Assembly: GCA_027309555.1 (NCBI GenBank)
Contig: DAIDCO010000003.1
Span: 6,737 to 70,736, forward strand
From: a bacterium
Lineage (GTDB): Archaea > Thermoplasmatota > Thermoplasmata > Lutacidiplasmatales > UBA184
Direction of reading: 5' to 3'
Length of the DNA: 64,000 nucleotides
Positions 9,095-19,409 of this stretch are shown here, one piece after another. The notes under the pieces are model-generated. The model made no database searches. It saw only the letters and a program-made list of their open reading frames with translations, and was not told the DNA's origin. Each line of letters starts with the position of its first letter. Position 1 is the first letter of the stretch. The translations under genes were made by a program, and so were the position numbers.

Positions 9095-10284
9095 GGCCCG
9101 GCCCCGATGAGCGATGCCTCCACGTGCGAGAGCTTGGCGAGCGTCTCGCGGAACTCTTGTGCGGGCCGGGAGCGGTACACGATCCCCGCTCCCGCCGCCG
9201 TGTAGAGGCGGGTCCCGGCGGCGAAGCCCATCCGGATCGCGAGAGCAAAGTCGGCCGGACCGTGCGAGCGAAGGAGCCCGACGGCTCCGGCGTACGGGCC
9301 TCTCCAGGTCTGCTCCTCCCGACGAAGGAGCTCGGTGGCCCGGATCTTCGGGGCCCCGCTGACGGTTCCCGCCGGGAACGTCGCCCCCAAGGCGTCCCAG
9401 GCGCTGACCCGGGGTCGGAGCTCGGCCTGCACCCGGCTCACGAGGTGGGAGAGGCGGGCATATCGTACGTGCCGCTCTTTCCAGCGCAGTCGCACGGAGC
9501 CCGGTCGCGCCAAGCGTCCGAGGTCGTTCCGCGCGAGGTCGACCAGCATGCGGTGCTCCGCGAGCTCTTTCGGGTCGACCCGAAGCGAAGCGCGGTGCGC
9601 GGACTCCGGGCCCTCCCAGGTCGTGCCAGCGATCGGGTCGATGGTCGCCCGGCGGCCTTCGACCTGGACGACCGCCTCGGGAGCCGCGCCGACGAGTTCC
9701 CGGTCCCCGAAGCGCAGATAGAAGAAGAACGCGTAGCGTTCCGTGGCTCGAAGCGAGCGAGCGCGGTCGAGGAGGTCGGCGGGACGTCTCCACTCGCGCC
9801 GGTGGGCGAGGACGACCTGGAACGCCTCCCCATCACGGATGTCCCGGCGGAGCCGGCGCACGCTCGCCTCGTACCGCGCGGCGGGGAGCGAATCCGCTTC
9901 GGGTACGAGGTGGGACGGGGGATGCGACGGGCCCAGCCGACGGCGCGGTACTCGCCGCACGACCGGGTCGCGGACGAACGCGAACTCCCCGAGCGGGAAC
10001 GGAGAGCCGGCCGGGAACGTGCGAAGCGCCGGTTCGAACAGCCCGACCGCGTCGAACCCCAGGTAGCCGAGGACCGCCGCGTGCGTCCGGCGGGCGAGGT
10101 GGCGATCGGCGACGCGGGCGAACTCGGCCACGTCGGTCGATCGGTCGAGCGCGCGCACTTCGTCCGCCCGGGTGAAGGAGACCGCGAGCCCGGGGCCGTC
10201 CCCTCGGCCCGGGCCGCGTTCGAAGTATCCCGCGACCTCCCCACGCGCCGCGGCGCGAGCGAACGCGTCGAACGGGTCGGTCAG
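9091..10284 (-). CDS. trpE: Anthranilate synthase component I
   Basis: GEAFQVVLA, PIAGT, KELAEHRMLVDLARND, FPAGTVSGAPK, AGAGIV; start probably CTG at 10284 (ORF track uses GTG 10158). Confidence 0.9.
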   Translation of the reverse strand: MTDPFDAFARAAARGEVAGYFERGPGRGDGPGLAVSFTRADEVRALDRSTDVAEFARVADRHLARRTHAAVLGYLGFDAVGLFEPALRTFPAGSPFPLGEFAFVRDPVVRRVPRRRLGPSHPPSHLVPEADSLPAARYEASVRRLRRDIRDGEAFQVVLAHRREWRRPADLLDRARSLRATERYAFFFYLRFGDRELVGAAPEAVVQVEGRRATIDPIAGTTWEGPESAHRASLRVDPKELAEHRMLVDLARNDLGRLARPGSVRLRWKERHVRYARLSHLVSRVQAELRPRVSAWDALGATFPAGTVSGAPKIRATELLRREEQTWRGPYAGAVGLLRSHGPADFALAIRMGFAAGTRLYTAAGAGIVYRSRPAQEFRETLAKLSHVEASLIGAGP

Positions 10285-11603
10285 GGAATCACCTCGGTCA
10301 CGAGGGCCCGGTGGAGCTCGCGTAAGACCTCGGGGCCGCGTCGCTCGGGGACCGCGACCGAGAGCGCCCGCGGGGTCGCGCTGAACCCCTCCGCGCCGGC
10401 CAAGGCACTCGAGGGGATCCGGTCGAGATCGTCGAGGATCCCGTCGCCGATAGCGATGACGAGCGTGACCGGGTACGGGCCCTCGACCATCGCAGCGGCC
10501 TCGCGAGTGACCGGGGCAAGGGCTCGGATCGCCGCGACCACTTGACCCGGCTCGAACAGCAGACAGAGGAGCGCGGAGGAGGTGTAGAGTTGGACGAGAT
10601 TCACGCCGGCCGCGCTGAGTCGATGGGAGACCTCCGCGACGATCCCCGGTCGTTGACGTCCCCCGGGGACCCGGAGGCGGACGAGCCGCAGGGGCCGCAG
10701 CAGGGTCAGGGCGCGATTGCGTCGTCCCGTGCGGGCGGGTGCGATCGTCGTCACCACGCTCGGGTCGTCGAGCGAGCGCACGCGCAGGATCACGCTATGG
10801 GCGCGCGCCGGCTCGATCGTGAGCGGGTGGAGCACGCGGGCGCCGAACTGCGCGAGTTCCTCCGCTTCTTCGTAGGAAAGTTCGGGGATCGGCCGTGCGT
10901 CCGGGACCTCGTTCGGGTCGGCCGAGAGTACGGCGACGTGGCGTTTCACCAGTTCGACGCGAGAAGCCCCGATCAGCGCCCCGATGGCGGACGCCGCGTA
11001 GTCGGAGCCGCCGCGACCCAGCGTGGCCACCCGCCCCTCGAGGCTGCGGCCGAAGTACCCGGTCACGATCGGTACTTCCCCCCGAGCGAAGCGGCGCGCG
11101 AGCCCCCGCCGAACCGCCGATTGAGAGCGGTCGATCAGGATCAACGAGGCCCCGTAGGTGTTGTCGGTGATGAGCCCCAGGTGGTCGGCCTCGACCGGGG
11201 CCGCTGGGATGCCATCGGACCGAAGCCGGGCCGCGAGCCAGTGCACGGAAAGGCGCTCTCCCTGGCTCAGGAGCCGGTCCGCGAGCGGCGCGTCGTAGTG
11301 GCAGACCGACTCGATCTCGGAAAGCAGACGGCGGACGCGGTCGAAGAGCCGCCGGGCGTCGACCGGTAGGCCCGGATGTCTCCGGCGCAACTGGTCGAGG
11401 AGGGCGGCCCGGTGCGCCCCGACCGAGCGAGGGTGGGCGAGCGCGCCGCTCAACAGGTCGGTAACGCCCTGCCGCGCCGACGCGACCACGACGACCGGCG
11501 TTCCGTCCGCGCGAACGGCCGCGACGTCGCGGCCGACCTGCGCCGGGTCCTCGAGGGAAGCACCGCCGAATTTGAGGACGACCGGGGCGCGCGCGCGGGT
11601 CAC
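10281..11603 (-). CDS. lysC: Aspartate kinase
   Basis: VLKFGGASL, TLGRGGSDY, ELAQFGARVLHP, C-terminal ACT-like region. Confidence 0.93.
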   Translation of the reverse strand: MTRARAPVVLKFGGASLEDPAQVGRDVAAVRADGTPVVVVASARQGVTDLLSGALAHPRSVGAHRAALLDQLRRRHPGLPVDARRLFDRVRRLLSEIESVCHYDAPLADRLLSQGERLSVHWLAARLRSDGIPAAPVEADHLGLITDNTYGASLILIDRSQSAVRRGLARRFARGEVPIVTGYFGRSLEGRVATLGRGGSDYAASAIGALIGASRVELVKRHVAVLSADPNEVPDARPIPELSYEEAEELAQFGARVLHPLTIEPARAHSVILRVRSLDDPSVVTTIAPARTGRRNRALTLLRPLRLVRLRVPGGRQRPGIVAEVSHRLSAAGVNLVQLYTSSALLCLLFEPGQVVAAIRALAPVTREAAAMVEGPYPVTLVIAIGDGILDDLDRIPSSALAGAEGFSATPRALSVAVPERRGPEVLRELHRALVTEVIP

Positions 11604-12685
11604 TGCGATGATCCTCCCTTGGTCCGAAGCGCCCCGCGGAGGAGGGCCAGCTCCGCGTTCAGGACGGAGCCGCCGGCGCCCCCCCGCACGGCATTGTGCG
11701 ACAGCACGAAGAACCGCAAGTAGGGCGGCGTCCAGCGGACGCGACCGACCACGGCCGCCATGCCGCGCGCCCGAGGCGGAGTGCCCGCCCATCGGTCGCG
11801 CAGCGGCTGCGGCCGATCGCTCTCGCGACGGAGCTCGATCGGGGGATGGGGCGCGGTCGGTAGGTCGAGCCCGCCGAGCGGGTCGAACGCGGTCCACGCG
11901 GCTTCGATCTCCGCCCGGTCCGGTCGGCGGCGGGCCTCGACGGTGACGGCCTCGAGATGGCCCTCCCGAGTCCCCACCCGGGCGCAGTGGGCGAGGATCG
12001 GGGTCGCGAGCGGCACGACCCGGGCTCCCCGTCGGGTCCCGAGGATACGAGCGGTCTCGCGGGCCATCTTCTCCTCTTCCTCCCGAATGAACGGCACCAC
12101 GTTGTCGGTGATCGTGAGGGAGGGCACCCCGGGGTATCCGGCCCCCGAGAGCGCCTGGTAGGTCGCGACGTGGACGGCGGTCGGGCGGAGGAGTTCCACG
12201 ATCGGGGCGAGGGCGAGCACGAGCCCGGTCGTCGAGCAGTTCGGGTTCGTCACGAGGACTCCGTGGTCGCTTCTGCCGCTCCGGCCGAGGAGTCCGAGAT
12301 GGTCGCCGTTCACTTCGGGTACGAGCAGCGGGAAGCCGGGGTCCAGCCGGTGGTCCGCGGCATTCGAGAAGACGTTCACGCCCCGACGGACGAGCTCCTG
12401 TTCGATCGGTCCGGCCGTGCCCGAAGGGAGCGCGGAGAAGACGACTCGGACCCCCGCCCGCTCTAGACGTGCCGGGGTCCAGCCCTCGATCGGGCGCTCG
12501 GCGAGCGACGACGGCGGGGGCTCCGCGAGCAACCAGACGTCGCCGAGTCGCTTCCCCTCTGACCGCTCGCCCGCTCCGAGGAGGGGGAGGTCGAAACGGG
12601 GATGGTCGGAGAGCAGCCGGGCAAAATGCTGGCCGATGTAGCCGCTAGCGCCCAGGATCGCGGTCGGGATCGGAGCATCGGTCAT
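11600..12685 (-). CDS. asd: Aspartate-semialdehyde dehydrogenase (archaeal type)
   Basis: ILGASGYIG, PNCST, QALSGAGYPG, HNAVRGGAGG. Confidence 0.96.
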   Translation of the reverse strand: MTDAPIPTAILGASGYIGQHFARLLSDHPRFDLPLLGAGERSEGKRLGDVWLLAEPPPSSLAERPIEGWTPARLERAGVRVVFSALPSGTAGPIEQELVRRGVNVFSNAADHRLDPGFPLLVPEVNGDHLGLLGRSGRSDHGVLVTNPNCSTTGLVLALAPIVELLRPTAVHVATYQALSGAGYPGVPSLTITDNVVPFIREEEEKMARETARILGTRRGARVVPLATPILAHCARVGTREGHLEAVTVEARRRPDRAEIEAAWTAFDPLGGLDLPTAPHPPIELRRESDRPQPLRDRWAGTPPRARGMAAVVGRVRWTPPYLRFFVLSHNAVRGGAGGSVLNAELALLRGALRTKGGSSQ

Positions 12686-13770
12686 GCGAGGTACCGTCCG
12701 CGAAGCGCGAGGTCGGCGAGGGCGATGGCGGTCACCGACTCGAGTACAACCACCGCGCGCGGAACGATGCACGGGTCGTGGCGGCCGGTGACCACGAGCG
12801 ACGTCGAGAGCCCCGTGCCGAGGTCGACCGTGCGCTGGGGCCGCGCGATCGAGCTGGTCGGTTTCACCGCGACCCGGAAGACGATCGGCATCCCCGTGGC
12901 GAGGCCGCCCAGGATCCCGCCCGCATGATTCGTTTCCGTCACGACGGTCCCGTCCTTCCAAACGAACGGGTCGTTGTGCTCGCTCCCGCGCAGGCGCGCG
13001 GCGGCGAAACCGGAGCCGAACTCCACGGCCTTGACCGCCGGGACCGAGAAGACCGCGTGCGCGATCACGCTCTCGATCGAGTCGAAGAACGGTTCTCCGA
13101 GGCCGACGGGGACGCCGGTCGCCCGGACCTCGACGATACCCCCCACGCTGTCGCCGTCGCGCCGGGCTTCGGCGATCGCCTTCTCCATCCGACGGGCAGC
13201 CTCGGGGTCCGGTGCACCGACCTCGTTCGAGGCGGCGCGCGCCCGTAGGTCGGAGTTCTCGATCGTTTCGGGCACGGGGGCCTCCACTCCCGCGATCGAC
13301 CGAGTGAAGGCAACGAGGTCGACGCCGAGCGGCCGAAGCAGTTCGCGCGCGATCGCCCCGCCGATGACGAGGCCGACGGTCATGCGACCGGAGAAGATCC
13401 CTCCGCCCGAGAGGTCCGCCTCCGCGCCGTAGCGGACCCGGGCCGGATAGTCGGCGTGGCCGGGCCGGGGCGTGTTCCCCATACGATCGTAGGCCTCGCG
13501 CCGGACGTCCTCGTTCGCGACGTGGGCGCGGAACACTCCGCCGGTCGCGCGGCCGTGGTCGACGCCGGAGTCGATGAGAAGTCGGTCCTCCTCCTGGCGT
13601 TTCGTCGCGAGGCGCCGGCCGACCGGCCGCCGGCGGTCGAGCTGCGATTGGATCCCCACCGGGTCGATTGGGGTCCCTGCGGGGATCCCCTCGATGGAGA
13701 CCCCGACCTCGGGTCCATGGCTCGTGCCGTGGAGCGTCACGCGGAACCGCTCTCCCAAACGCATCGTCAT
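12682..13770 (-). CDS. aroC: Chorismate synthase
   Basis: GTSHG, RPGHAD, SGRMT, GDSVGG, KPTSSI, GRHDPC. Confidence 0.97.
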   Translation of the reverse strand: MTMRLGERFRVTLHGTSHGPEVGVSIEGIPAGTPIDPVGIQSQLDRRRPVGRRLATKRQEEDRLLIDSGVDHGRATGGVFRAHVANEDVRREAYDRMGNTPRPGHADYPARVRYGAEADLSGGGIFSGRMTVGLVIGGAIARELLRPLGVDLVAFTRSIAGVEAPVPETIENSDLRARAASNEVGAPDPEAARRMEKAIAEARRDGDSVGGIVEVRATGVPVGLGEPFFDSIESVIAHAVFSVPAVKAVEFGSGFAAARLRGSEHNDPFVWKDGTVVTETNHAGGILGGLATGMPIVFRVAVKPTSSIARPQRTVDLGTGLSTSLVVTGRHDPCIVPRAVVVLESVTAIALADLALRGRYLA

Positions 13771-15044
13771 GCGCCGATGCTCCCCGACGCCACGCGACCG
13801 AGCGCCTCCCAGAACCCCGGGAAGGACTTCCGCACCGCGCGGCCGTCCCCGATCGTCGACGGCCCGTCCGCCGCCAGCGCGCCGACCGCGGCGCTCATGA
13901 CGAGGCGGTGGTCCGATAGTCCCCGGAGCGCGACCGGCCGAAGGCGCGTCGAACCCTCGATCGCGAGCCCGCTCCCGAGAGACCGGGGCCGGGCGCCGAA
14001 GGCGGTGACGAGCCGGACGGTCTCCCCGCGCCGGTCCGATTCCTTGAGGGCGACGTGCGCCGCTCCGCGGATCACGCTGCGTCCCGGGGTCGCTGCCGCG
14101 AGCACGCCGACCAGGGGATAGAGGTCCGGCGCGTCCGTCAGGTCCACTGAGAACGGCCGAAGTCGGCCCCCGGACACCACGGCTCCCGAGGGGGTCCGCT
14201 CGACGACCGCCCCGGCCCGGTCGAGCACCGAAAGGATGGCGAGGTCGGCCTGCGGCCAGGCCCCGGGCAGTCCGTCGATGCGGACCCGCCCGCCGGTAAC
14301 GGCGGCGGCCGACCAGAAGTAGGCCGCGGAGGAGGCATCGCCCGGGACCCCGAAGCGTCGCCCGGTGTACCGCTGTTCGCCGGGCACCCGAATGCGTCGC
14401 CCTCGCCGCCCAAGCCGCAGGCCGTGATGTCGGAGCACGGCAAGGGTCGCCTCGAGATACGGACGGGAGACGATCCGCCCCGTGAGCCGAATCTCCGACT
14501 CGCCCGAGAGCGTCGGGAGCACGAAGAGGAGCGCCGAGGCGAACTGGGAGCTTTCGGACGCGTCGATCGCGACGCGGCCGGCGTGGATCGGGCCCCGGAC
14601 GGTGAGCGGCAAGCCTCCGTAGGGGTGTGCGCAACGGCACGTCGCTCCGAGCCCCCGCAGCGCTCCGAGCAGACGCTCCATCGGTCGTCGTGGGAGGCGC
14701 CCCCGCCCCTCGAGCGTCACCGAGCGCGATTCCCGAGCGGCGAGGGCTGCGATGAAGCGCAGGGTCGTTCCCGACTCGCCGCAATCGATGACGACGTCGG
14801 TCGAACGTCGCCGGGCGGCCGCCGGACGGAGCGCCCAGTGATGGGGCCGGCGCTCGACGTGCGTTCCCAGGAGTGCGATCGCGCGGGCGGTGGCGCGAGT
14901 GTCCTCGGAGTCCAGCGGTCGGTCGATGCGGAAGGGACGATCGGCGAGATGCCCGGTGACGAGGGCTCGGTGCGTGTAGCTCTTCGAGGGCGGAGCCCGG
15001 TGCCGACCCGACGCGACCGCCGGTCGCACCCGGACCGTGCTCAC
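13767..15044 (-). CDS. aroA: EPSP synthase
   Basis: PPSKSYTHRA, GESGTTLRF, SSQFASALL, KESDR, DHRLVM, KSFPGF. Confidence 0.96.
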   Translation of the reverse strand: MSTVRVRPAVASGRHRAPPSKSYTHRALVTGHLADRPFRIDRPLDSEDTRATARAIALLGTHVERRPHHWALRPAAARRRSTDVVIDCGESGTTLRFIAALAARESRSVTLEGRGRLPRRPMERLLGALRGLGATCRCAHPYGGLPLTVRGPIHAGRVAIDASESSQFASALLFVLPTLSGESEIRLTGRIVSRPYLEATLAVLRHHGLRLGRRGRRIRVPGEQRYTGRRFGVPGDASSAAYFWSAAAVTGGRVRIDGLPGAWPQADLAILSVLDRAGAVVERTPSGAVVSGGRLRPFSVDLTDAPDLYPLVGVLAAATPGRSVIRGAAHVALKESDRRGETVRLVTAFGARPRSLGSGLAIEGSTRLRPVALRGLSDHRLVMSAAVGALAADGPSTIGDGRAVRKSFPGFWEALGRVASGSIGA

Positions 15045-15919
15045 GGGCTCCTCCCTTCGGACGTCGCCACCGACCCGTTCACACGCACGCGCAGGCGTTC
15101 GCCTGCCTGGTGCGCCAGGACCTCGAGGACCGCGGGGATCTGCCCCGAAGGGGCGATCGCAGCGAGCGCCGGACCGAGGCCGCTCACGCCGGCGGCGAGC
15201 GCCCCGACTCGGAGAAGCTCGGCACGGAGGTTCTCGTAGGAGTACCCCATGACCCGCTCGACGATCTCGGTGTTCCGGGCGAGGGCTTCCCACCATCTTC
15301 CCGACCGGGCCGCCTCGACCGCCGCGGTCCCACGGGCCGCTTCGGCCGCGAACGCGCGGGCCCACTCGGGGGAGGGGCGGTGCCGAGCCGGCGGGACGAG
15401 GATCGCGGCCTCCCAATCGGCGCCGGGGGACTCCGTGCGGAGGAGCGAACCCGTGCGATTGTCGGTGAGAACGAATCCCGGTCGGAGGCCGGCGAGCGCG
15501 TCGTCGAACGCGCCCGTGGCACTGACCCCGGAGGCGCGACCCGCCCGGGCGGAAAGCCGAGCGACCTCTTCGAGCGAGGTCCGCGCGCCGAGTGCTTCCG
15601 CGACTGCTCGGACGGTGGCGCTCGCGACCGCGCTCGAGCTCTTGAGCCCTCGAGCGACGGGGATCTCCGAGCGGATGCGAAGGTCGCCCACGATTCCCGT
15701 CTCCGGGAGGAACCGCTCGGCCGCGAGGCGAAACGCCGACTCGACGAGCGGCGTGCGTTGGTCGGCGGCGATGCGCAGTTCGGACGGAACCCCCGGGGCG
15801 GCCGCGTCGAGCGTCACGGTGACCTCCGCGCCGAGATCGATCCCGAGGGCGCAACCGACCCCGGTCGGCAGCGCGTTGATGACCGTGACCGCCGAGGTGG
15901 CTCGGCCTACGCCGCGCAT
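15041..15919 (-). CDS. aroK: Archaeal (GHMP-type) shikimate kinase
   Basis: TVINALPTG, IPVARGLKSSSA, TGAFDDA, GVSGLGP. Confidence 0.93.
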   Translation of the reverse strand: MRGVGRATSAVTVINALPTGVGCALGIDLGAEVTVTLDAAAPGVPSELRIAADQRTPLVESAFRLAAERFLPETGIVGDLRIRSEIPVARGLKSSSAVASATVRAVAEALGARTSLEEVARLSARAGRASGVSATGAFDDALAGLRPGFVLTDNRTGSLLRTESPGADWEAAILVPPARHRPSPEWARAFAAEAARGTAAVEAARSGRWWEALARNTEIVERVMGYSYENLRAELLRVGALAAGVSGLGPALAAIAPSGQIPAVLEVLAHQAGERLRVRVNGSVATSEGRSP

Positions 15920-17418
15920 CCTTCCTCCGCGAGGGTACGTGTGATCTCCTCGGGTTCGGGCTCCTCTCCCCACCAGACGCCAAAGCTGGCCGCCGCCTGA
16001 TAGACGAGCAGGCGTCGTCCATCCTCGTACGTCGCACCGGCGTGCACCGCGGTCGCGCGCACGTAGGGATCCTCGGGGTCGTACACCCAGTCCAGCACAT
16101 GGGTGCCCCGCGCGACCAGGCGGGAGAGCGGGAGCTCGAGGGGGCCCGTGCCCCCCCGGCCTACATCGGTGGCCTGGACCACGAGCGTCTCCCCCCTCGC
16201 ATCGGCTGCGGCCGGAGCCTCGGCTCCGAACGTCCGAGCGACTTCGACCGTCGGTTCGCGCCGCCGACCGTAGACCCGGATCTCGGCCCCGAAGGTCCGC
16301 GCGGCGGCCAGGGTCGCCCGGGCCGCGCCCCCCGTCCCAAGGACCGCGAGGGCCTTCCCGTCCCAGCGTCCGTCGCGACGCAGCTCCTCGAGGCGGCGGA
16401 GGATCGCCGCGAGGTCGGTATTCTCCGCTTCCACCTCTTCGCCCCGCAGCGTGAGGCAATTCGCGACGCCGCACGTACGGGCGCCCGCTCCGACCCCGGT
16501 CGCCACGGCGAGCGCGGCCGGCTTCAGTGGGTGGGTGATATTGAGGCCCCGGAACCCCCAACCCGCGAGCAGCGGCAGGGCCCGAACGAACTCTCCTTCC
16601 GTCTCGAAGTCGAGCGCCACGTAGAGTCCGGTCCGATGGGTGGAATGCATCCAGCGGGAGTGGAGCGCGGGGCTGCGGGAGTGAGCGACCGGGTGCCCCG
16701 CGAGCCCGAACACTGGAGCGGGGTCGCGCGAGCGCAAGAACGGTCCGAGGCGGTCGACCGGGATCTGGCTCGCCTCGACCGGGGGTCGACTCGCGCCGGG
16801 TCGGAGGTCGTCAGGAAGGGCCGCGTATACGACCGGGAAGCCGAGCCGACGGGCGAGGAGCCGCAACAGTGGGCCCGAGGGCCCGGTCGTGAGCGCGACG
16901 AGCGGCGACTCGCCGGCGGGCGGGAGACCCGGCAAGAGCTCGGTCAGGGCCTGGACCACGGACGCGCGAACGACGACCTTGCGGATGGACCCCGGGTCCG
17001 GCTCCTCCCGGACCGAGCGCGCCCACTCCTCGGCGGTCACCGGGCCGGTCCGGTGGGACGAGACGATCCGACCGAGGGTCTCGGGCGGCGGAAGCCGAAG
17101 TAGCCCCGGGGAGTCTCGCGCCGCCTCGAGGTCGATCCAGCGGAACGGAAGCCGGGCGAGCTGCTCGAGGATCGGGGCGCGCTCAGCCCCTGCGTCCGGT
17201 CCCGAACCCCCCTCGGCACGGGAGCGCAACGTGGCGAGGAGCGGGAGCGGAGCGGGAAACAGCTCGGCGGCGCGCGCGAGCTCCGCGGGAGCCCAGCGGT
17301 CGAACCGGATCTCGGCGAGGTCAGCCCCCGCGCTGGCCGCCGCACCCACGAGCGTCTTCGCCTCCGCGACGGTCGCGGCGGGCACGGACACGATGAGGGC
17401 GGGAGTGCGCTCGTTCAT
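15907..17418 (-). CDS. aroDE: Fused type I 3-dehydroquinate dehydratase / shikimate dehydrogenase
   Basis: N-terminal AEIRFD..TLRSRAEGG; C-terminal HSRSPALH, NITHPLK, NTD, GTGGAARA, LVYQAA. Confidence 0.9.
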   Translation of the reverse strand: MNERTPALIVSVPAATVAEAKTLVGAAASAGADLAEIRFDRWAPAELARAAELFPAPLPLLATLRSRAEGGSGPDAGAERAPILEQLARLPFRWIDLEAARDSPGLLRLPPPETLGRIVSSHRTGPVTAEEWARSVREEPDPGSIRKVVVRASVVQALTELLPGLPPAGESPLVALTTGPSGPLLRLLARRLGFPVVYAALPDDLRPGASRPPVEASQIPVDRLGPFLRSRDPAPVFGLAGHPVAHSRSPALHSRWMHSTHRTGLYVALDFETEGEFVRALPLLAGWGFRGLNITHPLKPAALAVATGVGAGARTCGVANCLTLRGEEVEAENTDLAAILRRLEELRRDGRWDGKALAVLGTGGAARATLAAARTFGAEIRVYGRRREPTVEVARTFGAEAPAAADARGETLVVQATDVGRGGTGPLELPLSRLVARGTHVLDWVYDPEDPYVRATAVHAGATYEDGRRLLVYQAAASFGVWWGEEPEPEEITRTLAEEGCAA

Positions 17419-18446
17419 CGTTCTTCGATCGTCTCGTCGATGGCATGGCCGAGGTGGCGGGCTGCCGGCAGCCGGACTCCGAGTACCTTCGCGCCGACAT
17501 CGAGGTCCGTGGTCGCCACGCGACCCGACTCGGTCGAGACTCGGACGGTCTCAGCCTCTTGAAGGAAGAGCGTCCGTCGTTGGCCGTCGTCGTCCCCCAC
17601 GAGGACGTCGAGCGGACGACGCTCGATCTTGATGCGGCCCACGCGGACGGCGCGGGCCGCTCCCCGCGGCTCGACGACGAGGACGGCGTCGCCCGCGGCC
17701 AGCTCGGCGAGGTACCGCGTGGAGCCGTCGGCCATCAGGACGTACGAATGCGCAGCACCGGCGTTGACCCGGAACGGCCGGGGCCGGCTGAACTTTGAGC
17801 CGACGGCTTCGCTCGCCACATGGAAGAGGAAGGCAGCGACGCTTCCGACGAGGAGGCCCTCGGCGGGGCGCAGGATCGAGGTGGTGTCGACGATGACCCG
17901 GTCACCGACTCCGACGGGCCGGAGCTCGGTGATCGGGATCGCGGTCCAATCGAGCCCCGCCGGCAGCGGCCCGTCCACGATCCCTTCGAGCCGGTCGACG
18001 TCCTCGGCGGCGCGGACCTCGACCAGGACCCGGTCCGCCCCGTGCTCGAGCGCGCCGAGGGCCGCCGGCACTTCCGACGGACCGCGGGCGTACACCCAGA
18101 GCTCGAACCGCCGGCCGCGGGCCGCGATCGCGTTCTCGAGCGGGATGACTCGGTCGGAGGTCCACTCGATGGCCAGGATCCCCCCGGCGGCCATCCCCTG
18201 CACGGCGTGGCGAAGTCCGAGCTCGTCCGAGACGGGGAGGATCGGGACGGGATTCGCGTCCGGGTCGGCGCGGAAGAGGTGGTTCCCATCCCGCCGGATC
18301 ATCTCCTCATCGGCCAAGGGTGCGAGGGCGGAGGTCCGATCGACGACGAACGAGCGGAAACCGCGTCGGCGCGCCCGATCGACGATCACCGCGATCGCGG
18401 CAGCATCGGTCGAGACCGGTGCGATCGTGACTCGCTCGCGTGTCAT
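17415..18446 (-). CDS. aroB': 3-dehydroquinate synthase II
   Basis: IPLENAIA, GDRVIVDT, RPFRVNAGAAHSY, KIERRPL, LQEAETVR. Confidence 0.93.
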   Translation of the reverse strand: MTRERVTIAPVSTDAAAIAVIVDRARRRGFRSFVVDRTSALAPLADEEMIRRDGNHLFRADPDANPVPILPVSDELGLRHAVQGMAAGGILAIEWTSDRVIPLENAIAARGRRFELWVYARGPSEVPAALGALEHGADRVLVEVRAAEDVDRLEGIVDGPLPAGLDWTAIPITELRPVGVGDRVIVDTTSILRPAEGLLVGSVAAFLFHVASEAVGSKFSRPRPFRVNAGAAHSYVLMADGSTRYLAELAAGDAVLVVEPRGAARAVRVGRIKIERRPLDVLVGDDDGQRRTLFLQEAETVRVSTESGRVATTDLDVGAKVLGVRLPAARHLGHAIDETIEER

Positions 18447-18458
18447 CGGCGGAGCTCC

Positions 18459-19211
18459 CTACCCGCCGCCGTGCAGGACCTCGGCGATGCGACGTGCGAG
18501 GGGACCGACCGGCCGACGCTGGAACAAGTTGCGGCCGATGCAGATGCCGCCCCCGCCCGCTGCGACGCTATCGGAGACGATCCGGAGGAACTCGGCTTCC
18601 TCGTCCAGGCGTACGCCGCCTCCGATGAGGACCGGCACAGGGGTCGTTCGGCAAAGCTTCGCGAACTCGTCGCGAGATCCGGGATAGCTCGTCTTCACGA
18701 TGTCGGCCCCGGTGTCGGCCGCGGCCCGCGCTGCATGACGAAGCTCGTCCGGGGAACCACCGGTCCCCTTCTTGACGTAGGCCATGCAGAGCAGCGGGAG
18801 GCCGAGCCGACGGCACTCATCGGCCGCGATCCCGAGGTCCCGCAGCATGTCGGGCTCCTCGGGGATCCCGAAGTTCACCTGGACCGAGAGGAGGTCCGCA
18901 CCGAGGCTCACCGCCTCCTCGGCGGTACCGACGAGCACCTTCCGATTCGAGGTGGGACCGAGGCTCGTCGACGCGGAGACGTGGACGCCGAGCCGCGTCG
19001 TCGGCTCTAGTACGGGCACGAGCTCGCGGACCGCCCCCTTCGTGACGATGAGCAGGTCGGCGCCTCCCTCCTGCAACTCGGTCGCGAGCGGCGCGAGCTC
19101 TTCGAGGCCGTCGATCGGGCCCATCGACACGGGGTGGTCGAGCGGGACCGAGAAGAGCCGTCGGCGCGGGTCGGGGAAGAGGCGCTTCAGTCGGACCGTT
19201 TTTCCATACAT
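18459..19211 (-). CDS. aroA': 2-amino-3,7-dideoxy-D-threo-hept-6-ulosonate synthase (class I aldolase family)
   Basis: PLDHPVSMGP, GADIVKTSY, GRNLFQ; first gene of the operon, next to aroB'. Confidence 0.88.
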   Translation of the reverse strand: MYGKTVRLKRLFPDPRRRLFSVPLDHPVSMGPIDGLEELAPLATELQEGGADLLIVTKGAVRELVPVLEPTTRLGVHVSASTSLGPTSNRKVLVGTAEEAVSLGADLLSVQVNFGIPEEPDMLRDLGIAADECRRLGLPLLCMAYVKKGTGGSPDELRHAARAAADTGADIVKTSYPGSRDEFAKLCRTTPVPVLIGGGVRLDEEAEFLRIVSDSVAAGGGGICIGRNLFQRRPVGPLARRIAEVLHGGG

Positions 19212-19409
19212 GGTTCCCTTCCTTCTCTCGGTTCATTCCACGGAAGGTCGCCGCGAGCGCGCGGCCCGACACCGTTCGGGCAGGTCGGGACGGCGCCCTC
19301 CCGGCGCCTCCCGTTCACCAGAGCCAGGTCGCGGCAGTCCGGCCCACCGCCCGAGCATTTCGGCTGGGGCCCGTCCGGTCCGCCATCGTCCGGCCTCAGC
19401 CTCCCGCTC

